The notes under the pieces are model-generated. The model saw only the letters and a program-made list of their open reading frames with translations, did no database searches and was not told the origin of the DNA. A DNA stretch of 64,000 nucleotides from Candidatus Heimdallarchaeota archaeon (lineage in GTDB: Archaea; Asgardarchaeota; Heimdallarchaeia; JABLTI01), in assembly GCA_018238155.1 (NCBI GenBank), contig JABCTZ010000032.1, forward strand, positions 64,001 through 128,000. Direction: 5' to 3'. Each line of letters opens with the position of its first letter. Position 1 is the first letter of the stretch. Position numbers and translations under genes: made by a program. This document shows, in pieces, positions 8,402 through 17,338 of this stretch.

Positions 8402-10057
8402 ATGAAAACTAGAAAGGATTATATTTCAATTACATATCTAAAACCATTGGACTATAAAGAAAATTATGTTTTTTTACCTAAAAACTATGGTTCAAAAAAG
8501 TACTTTGAACGCAAAGACATTCAAGCAATTAAGAAAGCTGTTTTTGATAATTTGAATTCTATTGATAAAAGAACTAAATTCACAGAACAGATTAAAAATA
8601 GGAAAGTCATAATTAAACCGAATTTAGTTGGAGTTTTTTACAAGCTAGGTTTTAATCCTGAAATTGCACCACAATCAACGGATCCACGTGTAATTGATTC
8701 AGTTATAGAATATTTGAAACAATACACACACAAAATAGTTATTGCAGAATCATCTGGAAGCGGATTTCCAACGAGAACATCATATAGAATCTCCCGGCTA
8801 AAGAAAATAGCTAAGCGCCATCATGTTAAATTAATAAACATTGAAGAACAACCCGTAGTACGCTATTATCTGCCAAAAGCAAGCGCTATGAAGGAAATTT
8901 TAATACCTGAAATTTTTGACGATGTTGTTAAAGGTGATGCATTTTATATAACACTTCCAAAAATGAAAACAAATCTGTACACCGATATATCATTGGGATT
9001 TAAGAATGCCATGGGAATTATTCCATTAAACTTACGACAAAGGGATCATAATCATAATCTTGAGAAGAAGTTAGTGGATATCTTATATCTCATTAAACCT
9101 AATTTAACAATAGTTGATGGAGTAATTGGTGCTGAAGGACAATGCCCAGCTATCGCTGAACCTGTTGATAGCCATGTAATTATTAGTGGAACAAATGTTG
9201 TTGAGACTGATTCTGTTACTTCACAAATGATGGGTTTTGTTCCTGAAGAAGTCAAATTGCTTAAACATGCAAAAAAGCTTGGTTTTGGAAACAAAAATGT
9301 AGAAATCATTGGTAAGAAAAGAGTTATTCCATTTAAAAAAGCAAATCCATCTTTGATGAATGATTCATTCACTGAAAAATTTCCAGAAATTACTGTTCTA
9401 ATAGGACATGAATTGGAAAAATCACCTCAAATATCAACTATAGAATCAGTGACCAACAGCACTATGTGTGAAATGGAACTATCTTGTAGAGGGGGATGTT
9501 TAGTTTGTACAAAAATGGGTCTTGTGATGTTGGTTGCTGAAGAATTTGACAATTATAAAGCAACGATCATTATTGGAAAAGGTGTTAAGATAAATGGCAA
9601 AGGCCCTTACTATTTCGATAGAAATGGTAAACCATTTACCGCAAAAGATATTGGTAAAATAAATGGACCAAAATTAGCTGTAGGAGATTGTTCTGTTCAC
9701 CTTAGAGATATATGTGAACACTATATTCCTGGTTGCTTATTTCATGCAGGTTTAGTACATGTTATGTTGCATAAAATCTCCAAAACTAAATGCCGAATGA
9801 CTTCATCAAAGAATAAATTCCTTTTACCTTTTATTGGAGATACCTTAAAAATGAGAATTGCTAGACGGCAACAGATAAGGAAAGGAAGGTATGTTGATAT
9901 AAGTATGAATGATATTAATACACGAGGTAAACATGAAGCTTTATCTGATTTAGAGAAAAATCGTGATTATATCCGGTGGGATTTCCCTCCAATGGATAGA
10001 AAACTAAAAAGAAAATTAATGAAAGAAGAATGGGAATCACTTCTAATCTTATTCTAG
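8402..10057 (+). CDS. DUF362-family Fe-S protein
   Basis: VIIKPNLV, TDPRV, IAES, LPKMKT, KNAMG, IVDGVIGAEGQCP; Cys-rich C-terminal part (CxxGCxxC, GDC, PGC); start ATG 8402 or TTG 8387. Confidence 0.8.
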   Translation: MKTRKDYISITYLKPLDYKENYVFLPKNYGSKKYFERKDIQAIKKAVFDNLNSIDKRTKFTEQIKNRKVIIKPNLVGVFYKLGFNPEIAPQSTDPRVIDSVIEYLKQYTHKIVIAESSGSGFPTRTSYRISRLKKIAKRHHVKLINIEEQPVVRYYLPKASAMKEILIPEIFDDVVKGDAFYITLPKMKTNLYTDISLGFKNAMGIIPLNLRQRDHNHNLEKKLVDILYLIKPNLTIVDGVIGAEGQCPAIAEPVDSHVIISGTNVVETDSVTSQMMGFVPEEVKLLKHAKKLGFGNKNVEIIGKKRVIPFKKANPSLMNDSFTEKFPEITVLIGHELEKSPQISTIESVTNSTMCEMELSCRGGCLVCTKMGLVMLVAEEFDNYKATIIIGKGVKINGKGPYYFDRNGKPFTAKDIGKINGPKLAVGDCSVHLRDICEHYIPGCLFHAGLVHVMLHKISKTKCRMTSSKNKFLLPFIGDTLKMRIARRQQIRKGRYVDISMNDINTRGKHEALSDLEKNRDYIRWDFPPMDRKLKRKLMKEEWESLLILF

Positions 10058-10227
10058 TTGGAATCAAAATTAGAAAATCATTTTCTTTCTTGCTTTTTTA
10101 CACTTTGCTACTGTAAAAGTTTTTTTTTTACTTTGTCTGCAATAGTAGAATTTATATCTGCTGATACTAAGGTTACTCGGATAAATAATATTAAATTTCG
10201 TCTTAAAAATAGAAGGAAATAGTAATT

Positions 10228-10728
10228 ATGAAACCAATTAATTTATGTTTAATACATGTCGGAAAAAAAGGCTTAGAATTAGTAGGCTCTCATCCAAAAT
10301 CTCTCCCAACGGAAATCATGAACCAAATTCTTCTTAAGAGTATGCCTTTTGGAGCAAAACCGGGAGACTTTTTAACAACCAGTACAGGAAATAATTGTTT
10401 CTCTGGATTTGTTTTTAGAGTACCTTCAAATATTGGTCGAGATAATTTGGCTACAATAATGGCTATTTTTGATTCAGAAGACTATAATCCAAATTCAGTA
10501 AAGAAATTATTCTCTACAATTTTAGAAAAATTGCAAGAGAATGACTTAGTAAAAATGGAAACAATGGTTAATTTATTGCCAGAAATGTACAGAGGGATGA
10601 GCAAAGGATACTTAAAACTAAAAATAAGTTCTGTTGTGACATTAGAGTTTGATTTCAAATCAGAAGACAAGGAAAGAGATCAAACTGAACGCAAAGTCTC
10701 TGATATTAGAAGAGAACTTTGGCGTTAA
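10228..10728 (+). CDS. Longin/uDENN-like protein
   Basis: Beta-beta-alpha start NLCLIHV-GKKG-LELVGSHP...IMNQILLKSMPFG, then three strands and helices, matching the uDENN pattern G-P/L-x5-P...I-x3-(C/S)-x-P-x-G. Confidence 0.5.
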   Translation: MKPINLCLIHVGKKGLELVGSHPKSLPTEIMNQILLKSMPFGAKPGDFLTTSTGNNCFSGFVFRVPSNIGRDNLATIMAIFDSEDYNPNSVKKLFSTILEKLQENDLVKMETMVNLLPEMYRGMSKGYLKLKISSVVTLEFDFKSEDKERDQTERKVSDIRRELWR

Positions 10729-10761
10729 AGAAACTATTAAATGCTAATATGAGGTACTATA

Positions 10762-11292
10762 ATGTCTTTTATTTTATCTTTATTTAAAAAAACTCGGAAA
10801 GTGAATATTACTATAGCAGGTTTAGATAATGCTGGAAAAACTGCTTTTATTAATTATCTACTAAGTGGCACATTTGAGAGTACAATGCCAACAGCAGGAG
10901 TAAATCGTGAAACAATTAATCTACCAAAACTACAAATAAATGTTTTTGATTTAGGTGGACAAGAAAAATTCAGAGTTATGTGGCCCCAAATTAATGAAAA
11001 ATCCAATGGGTTGATTTATGTAATCGATAGTACAGACCATGAACGATACGAAAAGACATTGGAAATTCTTTACGATATTCTCAAAAGACAAGTTAATGAT
11101 TTAATTCCAGTTCTCGTACTTTTACATAAACACGATTTGCCTAACAAGATTGAAATGGAGAAATTCTTAGTTCAAACTGAACTGACAGATTACAATATTA
11201 AATGGGCTTGTTTTGAGACATCTGCAAAAACGGGGATTGGGATAATGGTGGCTATGCAATGGTTTATTTCTGAATTGGAGGCAAAGAATTAA
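10762..11292 (+). CDS. Arf-family-like small GTPase
   Basis: G1 GLDNAGKT, G2 PTAG, G3 DLGGQ + RxxW, G4 HKHD, G5 TSAK; N-terminal amphipathic segment MSFILSLFKK; SD GAGGT. Confidence 0.95.
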   Translation: MSFILSLFKKTRKVNITIAGLDNAGKTAFINYLLSGTFESTMPTAGVNRETINLPKLQINVFDLGGQEKFRVMWPQINEKSNGLIYVIDSTDHERYEKTLEILYDILKRQVNDLIPVLVLLHKHDLPNKIEMEKFLVQTELTDYNIKWACFETSAKTGIGIMVAMQWFISELEAKN

Positions 11293-12206
11293 TGAATAGT
11301 TTTACAACATACTTTCTAATCATTGGAACACTGAGTTCATTAACTTGCGTTATTTTTTCAAGTTTTATTCTACGAAGTTTCTTTAGAAAAAGAACCATGG
11401 GTTCTTTGTTATTAAGTATAACATTTTTATCAACAACCATTGCTGAAATTTTGCTTTGTTCAAGTTTCTATATAGAGACATTTATTAAAGGGTCAAATAT
11501 TGTAAAAATAACCGAATTTCTAACATTTACATGTTATTTATTCTTTGCTTTTAATATCGTTTTCCTTTATGTGTTCGGTAATAGATTATTACTTCATGAT
11601 AATGATATTGTACGATTATTGTTTGTTTTAGGTTTTACTTTTCTAACAGCATTCTCAGCTGGCCTTGTTTACAAGAACATTTTTTCATTGGGAAATCCAG
11701 ATTTGTACACAAAAATTTTACTTGTAGCTCCTCAACTATCAATGATTTTTCCTGAAAGATCATTTATAATTTTAGCAATATTGACTCCACTTGGAGTTAC
11801 ACCTGCTATAAGAATAATTATTGAAGCGATAAAAATTCAACGTGGAACAAAAGATCCAATCGCTAAGAAAGGGTTCCAATTCATTTGGCAAGGAACACTT
11901 TTCTGGTATCTTGGTTATAGTGCTACGTTTGGAATGTTATGGTTTGTAGAATTTATTTCAACTAATCCCATTCTAGTAACTGGGATTTTTACTTTCAAAT
12001 TTATTTTCTCAAATATCATTGGGTTTGCGTTGCTCTATTTAGGTTGGGTTATGCCTGATAGGTTCAAAAGACGATTCAGGAAGAAAGCATGGATTGTTCA
12101 AGTCCAAAATGGAGATATTGTCGCTGATCAAGAAGCATCAGCTGGAGTGTATATTCACAAAAACAATCCACAGAAACCTCAATTTGTAGAAATCACAAAT
12201 GAATAG
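11292..12206 (+). CDS. Seven-TM membrane protein
   Basis: About seven hydrophobic segments, ending YLGWVMP then basic DRFKRRFRKK; start overlaps the GTPase stop (TAATG). Confidence 0.75.
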   Translation: MNSFTTYFLIIGTLSSLTCVIFSSFILRSFFRKRTMGSLLLSITFLSTTIAEILLCSSFYIETFIKGSNIVKITEFLTFTCYLFFAFNIVFLYVFGNRLLLHDNDIVRLLFVLGFTFLTAFSAGLVYKNIFSLGNPDLYTKILLVAPQLSMIFPERSFIILAILTPLGVTPAIRIIIEAIKIQRGTKDPIAKKGFQFIWQGTLFWYLGYSATFGMLWFVEFISTNPILVTGIFTFKFIFSNIIGFALLYLGWVMPDRFKRRFRKKAWIVQVQNGDIVADQEASAGVYIHKNNPQKPQFVEITNE

Positions 12207-12217
12207 TTAAAATAATT

Positions 12218-12251
12218 GGTAGATTTAATCTGCCTTTTTTTCTTTATTTTT
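12218..12251 (+). terminator. Hairpin terminator of the longin-Arf-7TM operon
   Basis: GGTAGAT-tta-ATCTGCC (one U-G pair) followed by a long T tract. Confidence 0.65.
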
Positions 12252-12332
12252 GAGAAACAGTAAACATTTAATGCCTTTTTTTTAAAAGAAATTCTTCGCT
12301 GTTTAGTGTTATGTTCTTTGAAATCTAAAAAG

Positions 12333-12406
12333 TGGTGCACCGACCGGGATTTGAACCCGGGTTCCTTCCTAGGCAGAGAAGAGTCCTACCACTAGACTAT
12401 CGGTGC
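12333..12406 (-). tRNA. tRNA-Gly(GCC), intronless, CCA encoded
   Basis: GCACCGA TA GTCT AGTGGTA GGAC T CTTCT CTGCCTA GGAAG GAAC CCGGG TTCAAAT CCCGG TCGGTGC A CCA folds into a full cloverleaf. Confidence 0.95.
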
Positions 12407-12534
12407 TCTGATATTACACACTTATCTTTTTCGAGATTTTTTACCTTTAAAGCTTTCGCAAAATGTGGTTTTTATGTATAGCACTATTTAATTACTAAAA
12501 TTGGTAATGGATAAAATCTCGTATATTGAAAATT

Positions 12535-13263
12535 CTATTGTGTGTCAAAAAACTTTAGCTTTTCATTTGAAACTTTGATGATTGATGTTGTTGGTTTTCT
12601 TTCTGCTTTATACTTTTCAAGAATAGTGATGTCCTTTGGTGAAATTGCTGGAATTAATTCAGCTTTAATTGTAGTGGGTATTTTGTGTTTCACGTCACAT
12701 TGACCCTTTCTTATTGCATTTACTAAGTCATCGTCATTTTCTAATTCATTGTGGAATTGAGTACTGATGGTACCTACTCTCTCAATATAATGGGCATCAC
12801 TTCCTCCAACTAAAGTTATTCTCATCAATTTAGCTGCTACTTCTGCAGCTCTATTTTGTGCAGATTTAGTTCTACCGTTTAATTCAATACCATCAAAATG
12901 GTGTTCATACACCTTATCTCCAATACTTGGAGCAGAAGCTCTAAATGGATGAGCACATACTGCTGCACCATCTCTATCTTTAATCCAATCAATTGTTTCA
13001 GCAACAGACTTTCGATAAATTGGTTTTTCATCAATGCCGTAAGCTAGTAAATGACCACTTTGAGTAGAAATTTCCACTCCAGTAAAAACTTTAACATTAT
13101 ATTTTCTTGCTAAATCTTTAGCTTTTAGAATCGCTGCTATGGAGTCATGATCCGTAATTGCTATACCATCTAGACCTATTGCTTTCAATTTTTTTAGGAG
13201 AATACCTATTTTAATTTTTGAATCGAAACTTGTATTCGAATGTACATGCAGATCTAGAATCAT
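12535..13263 (-). CDS. PHP-family metal-dependent phosphoesterase
   Basis: DLHVHS, AITDHD, GVEIST..GHL, AHPFR, GGSDAH. Confidence 0.92.
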   Translation of the reverse strand: MILDLHVHSNTSFDSKIKIGILLKKLKAIGLDGIAITDHDSIAAILKAKDLARKYNVKVFTGVEISTQSGHLLAYGIDEKPIYRKSVAETIDWIKDRDGAAVCAHPFRASAPSIGDKVYEHHFDGIELNGRTKSAQNRAAEVAAKLMRITLVGGSDAHYIERVGTISTQFHNELENDDDLVNAIRKGQCDVKHKIPTTIKAELIPAISPKDITILEKYKAERKPTTSIIKVSNEKLKFFDTQ

Positions 13264-13856
13264 ATTCCGTTAAGACTCCTCTTATGATATAGCGGAATGA
13301 CACTCAAAATCTAGTAGGCACTTTTACTTAATAACCTCTAGTTTAGAGGCAAAAATGGTTGAAAGAGTTTTCTATTCAAAGAATACATGAGATTTCTCAT
13401 ACCATCATTTTCACTATTTCTTCCGCTTGTTTGATTTCTTGGGGTATGTTTTATTCACTGACAAATTCGTCATTCTATTTTGAAATTACTAAAATTCATG
13501 TTAGAAAAATATTTTAAAGACCAGTTCTACAAAAACAGTAGAGGTATTTCAATGAGGAATAGTGTTCTTCTTAACTGGTGATGATTTTACTTTTCAAAAG
13601 AGTCCTTACAGCAAAGAAGGCACATGTGCTCAAAGAATTTCTTTCTCTTTTGTGAAAGCTTCTATTGAAAGAATTAACATTAGAATCAGTAGTAGCAACC
13701 AATGGAGCTCAAATTTAAAAGCTATTTTTACCTATGTTGTAAGCTCTAATAATAATAAGAGTTTTAAACAATCTAATTGCTGTTCTTTCATTGGTGTTTC
13801 AGAGTTAATCACAAGCAAAGGCATTTGTAAAATTATTATTGGAGTTAAAAAGAATA

Positions 13857-16709
13857 ATGAGTGAATACGATCCAAGCAAAGTGGAGCCAAAATGGCAACA
13901 GCGATGGGCAGAAGCAAAAGCTTTCGAAGCTAATGTTGATCATGCTAAAAAGAAATTTATGACTACGTTTCCAATCGCTTATCTTAATGGTAGTATCCAT
14001 GCCGGACATGGTTATACTACAATGAAAGTCGATTCATATGCACGCTTCAAACGTATGCTTGGTTTCAATGTGGTTTTTCCTCAAGGTTGGCATGCAACAG
14101 GACAACCTATCCAGGGTGTAGCAGAACGGTTGAAAAAGGGTGATGAAGTTCAAAAACGAATCTTACTTCAAAGTGGAGTTACTGATAAAGAATTAAGTAA
14201 ATTCACTGATCCTCTTCACATTTCCAATTATTATAAAAATCATGCGAAAAGAGATTTTATTCTCTTTGGCGTAAGTATTGATTGGCGTCGAGAATTTGTT
14301 ACAACTCCACTCTGTCCACCATTTAGTAGGTTTATTGAATGGCAATATGAAACTTTGAGAAAGTTGGGTTATGTAAAGAAAGGCACTCACCCTGTTATTT
14401 GGTGTTCGCATTGTTTGAGCCCAACTGGAGATCATGATCGATTAAAAGGTGAAGGTGTTTCCTCTACAGAATTTATTGTCATAAAATTCCCATTTGAAGG
14501 TGGATATCTAGTACCGGCAACTTTGCGTCCTGAAACTATTTTTGGCGTCACCAATATGTGGATTCATCCAGATGGTGATTATGTAGAAGCTGAAGTTGAT
14601 GGCGAAAAATGGTTTGTTAGTGAACATGCAATTATCAAGTTAAAGGACCAACTACATACCGTTAAAATAATTCGTAAATTCAAAGGGATCGAAATCATCG
14701 GGAAATCTTGTCACACACCTGTGCGAGAAGAAGATGTGAAAATATTACCTGCAACTTTTGTAGCTGTGGATCATACCACCGGTGTGGTTATGAGCGTTCC
14801 AAGTCATGCACCCTTTGATTATGTTGCTTTGAGAGATTTGAAAAATAACCCTGATATGCTAACTAAATATGGTTTACCTGCTGATTTTGCAGATGACATT
14901 AATTTAATTTCAATGATAAAAACAGAAGGTTTAGATGAGCATCCCGCAAAAGATATTATAGAAAAAATGAGTATTGAATCACAAGATGATCCCAAAACCG
15001 AAGAAGCCACTCAAACGATTTACAAAGAAGAATTCCATAAAGGATTAATGCGTGAAAATTGTGGAAAATACGCCAAAACCAAAGTGAGCGATATCAAAGA
15101 TATTCTAATAAAAGATTTGCAAGTTGATAAAATTACTTCTATATTGTTGGAACCGGCTGAACCTGTCATCTGTCGATGTTCAACTAAAAATCATGTTAAA
15201 ATCTTGAAAGACCAGTGGTTTATTGCTTATGGTGATCAGAAGTGGAAAAAGAAAGCCATGAATCACCTAGATAAAAAGATGACTATTTATCCCCCTGAAG
15301 CAAAACAAGCTTTTGTATATACTATCAATTGGTTACGAGATAAAGCATGTGCACGCAAAAGTGGTCTAGGAACTCCTTTACCATGGGATAAGGATTGGTT
15401 AGTGGAAACATTATCGGATAGCACGGTATATATGGCATATTATACAATAGCACGAATTATCAATGAACATGATATCAAACCAGAACAATTACCAAATGAA
15501 TTGTTTGATTATCTTTTCAGAAATAAAGCAACAATCGAAGAGGCAATTGAGAAATCTGGTTTGCCGAAAGAGTTAGCTGAAGAAATGAAAGAAGAGTTCG
15601 AATATTTCTACCCTCCTGATTTCCGTGCAAGTGCAAAAGAATTGATCTTTAATCATTTCACTTTCTACATCTTTCAACATTTAGCATTGTTTCCCAAGAA
15701 TCACTATCCATTAGAAATCGAAGCAAATGGTATGATAATGATTGAAGGTGGGAAAATGAGTAAAAGTGGAGGAAATTCTGTAACTCTCAAAAAGCTAATA
15801 GAAAAATTCGGTACAGATGCTACACGATTTGGTTTGGCTTTTTGTGGTGAAGGATATGCTGATGCAAGTTTCCGATTTGCAGATGCAGAAGCTGCAGGTC
15901 GAAGAATGAAGACACTGTTCAATGACATTACTACTACAACATTCTCTGATGGAGAAAAGAGAATTGATCAATGGCTCATTAGTCGTTTGCAAAAGAAAAT
16001 ACTTGAAACAACAGACCATTATCAAAATGTTCGTACTAGAAGTGCTATCGGCTCAGCATTCTTCGACATTCTGAACGATTTGAAATGGTATGAAGCGAGA
16101 TCTGAAAATATAAAAGGTCCTGGATATAGAGAAGCATTATTGACATTAGTTGATTTAATGACTCCAATTATACCACATTTTGCAGAAGAAGTGAATGAAA
16201 TCATTAGGGAAACAAAGAATGGTTTTGCATCATTTCGTTCATTCCCCAAAGTAGATAAAAAACGCATTAAGATTATTTTGGAACAAGAAGAGCAACTAAT
16301 TAAAAATGTCAAAGAAGATATTGATGGCATTTTTGATGCAATTAAGAAACAAGAAAAGAAACAACCATCAAAAATCGAAATATTTGTTGCACCAAAATGG
16401 ATGTATAAAATATTGAAAATTCGTCGTGAAGAACCAGAAAATCTCATCAAAGCTATCATGGAACATGATGATATTAAAAAGAATGGCAACAAAGCGGTCA
16501 AATATGCTCAGAAATTAACTAAGCATCCCGGAATCGATTCAACATTGAATATCAAATCGGAATTTGCTGCTATTACAGATGCTAAAAATTACTTCAAGCG
16601 AGAATACAATATTAAGGAATTTCTAATTACATTTGCTTCCAAATCATCTCATCCTAAAGCAAATGTGGCAGAACCTGGTCGTCCTGGTATTGCTATTGAT
16701 TTTTCCTAA
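13857..16709 (+). CDS. leuS: Leucine--tRNA ligase (archaeal/eukaryotic type)
   Basis: YLNGSIHAGH, DWRREFVTT, ATLRPET, TGVVMSVPSHAPFD editing domain, LSDSTVYMAYY, KMSKS; start ATG 13857. Confidence 0.98.
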   Translation: MSEYDPSKVEPKWQQRWAEAKAFEANVDHAKKKFMTTFPIAYLNGSIHAGHGYTTMKVDSYARFKRMLGFNVVFPQGWHATGQPIQGVAERLKKGDEVQKRILLQSGVTDKELSKFTDPLHISNYYKNHAKRDFILFGVSIDWRREFVTTPLCPPFSRFIEWQYETLRKLGYVKKGTHPVIWCSHCLSPTGDHDRLKGEGVSSTEFIVIKFPFEGGYLVPATLRPETIFGVTNMWIHPDGDYVEAEVDGEKWFVSEHAIIKLKDQLHTVKIIRKFKGIEIIGKSCHTPVREEDVKILPATFVAVDHTTGVVMSVPSHAPFDYVALRDLKNNPDMLTKYGLPADFADDINLISMIKTEGLDEHPAKDIIEKMSIESQDDPKTEEATQTIYKEEFHKGLMRENCGKYAKTKVSDIKDILIKDLQVDKITSILLEPAEPVICRCSTKNHVKILKDQWFIAYGDQKWKKKAMNHLDKKMTIYPPEAKQAFVYTINWLRDKACARKSGLGTPLPWDKDWLVETLSDSTVYMAYYTIARIINEHDIKPEQLPNELFDYLFRNKATIEEAIEKSGLPKELAEEMKEEFEYFYPPDFRASAKELIFNHFTFYIFQHLALFPKNHYPLEIEANGMIMIEGGKMSKSGGNSVTLKKLIEKFGTDATRFGLAFCGEGYADASFRFADAEAAGRRMKTLFNDITTTTFSDGEKRIDQWLISRLQKKILETTDHYQNVRTRSAIGSAFFDILNDLKWYEARSENIKGPGYREALLTLVDLMTPIIPHFAEEVNEIIRETKNGFASFRSFPKVDKKRIKIILEQEEQLIKNVKEDIDGIFDAIKKQEKKQPSKIEIFVAPKWMYKILKIRREEPENLIKAIMEHDDIKKNGNKAVKYAQKLTKHPGIDSTLNIKSEFAAITDAKNYFKREYNIKEFLITFASKSSHPKANVAEPGRPGIAIDFS

Positions 16710-16722
16710 ATCAGAATCCAAA

Positions 16723-16760
16723 TGCTTCCTGTTTTAGGAAGCAAAAAATACTTTTCTTCT
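16723..16760. terminator. Hairpin between convergent leuS and trmO
   Basis: TGCTTCCT-gtttt-AGGAAGCA, perfect 8 bp stem. Confidence 0.6.
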
Positions 16761-16767
16761 TAATTTT

Positions 16768-17217
16768 TCATTCTTGCTTCTTTGGATGTGCAATTGCTTC
16801 CATAAAATCTGGTAAAGCAGTATCGATAATACAATCGGATTTTGGAATGTAAGGTTTGAGATCAATAACTGGTGTGTTGTTGAATGCATCCGATTTATCA
16901 ATGTAGATTTTATTATCTAACACCTCTAAAATTTCCACTATTGTTAAACCAATTGGGTTTGGTCGTAAAGGTGATCGACAAGCAAAAACTCCCGTAAGAG
17001 GTGAGTTCTCTCTATTTCCATCAACACAAGGGAAAACTTGAAGCCGAGCTCTATCTTCTTTTGTATCTCTCCCCTCAATCCACCAAATTGTAATTAGATG
17101 TGAAAATTTGCTTAGATTCAATAATCCCGATTGATATTCTTTTTTAACCTCAATCCATGTTTTTGTTTCATTTTTTCGAATAAAACCTATAGGGTTCACT
17201 TTGAATTTCTTCTTCAT
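16768..17217 (-). CDS. tsaA: tRNA t6A37 N6-methyltransferase TrmO/TsaA family (SAM-binding)
   Basis: PIGFI, FSHL, GVFACRSPLRPNPIGL, DAFNNTPVIDLKPY. Confidence 0.9.
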   Translation of the reverse strand: MKKKFKVNPIGFIRKNETKTWIEVKKEYQSGLLNLSKFSHLITIWWIEGRDTKEDRARLQVFPCVDGNRENSPLTGVFACRSPLRPNPIGLTIVEILEVLDNKIYIDKSDAFNNTPVIDLKPYIPKSDCIIDTALPDFMEAIAHPKKQE

Positions 17218-17338
17218 TATTTGTTCCTCGAATTTGTGTTTCTTTCAATAGTTTTTAATGATAGTTCGTACATTAACTAAATATTAAATCTTTTAAAGCA
17301 CAAAAATTATTGTTGCTTTAAACTGAGGTTGTAATTCC

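Noticed and set aside
12333-12406. CUA in the anticodon loop as an amber-suppressor or pyrrolysine tRNA
   Set aside because: Stem pairing places GCC at 34-36 after U33; CUA occupies 36-38; identity elements are Gly-type
13562-13864. 100 aa ORF upstream of leuS as a real protein
   Set aside because: GTG start, Ser/Asn-rich atypical composition, no motif; treated as leader sequence
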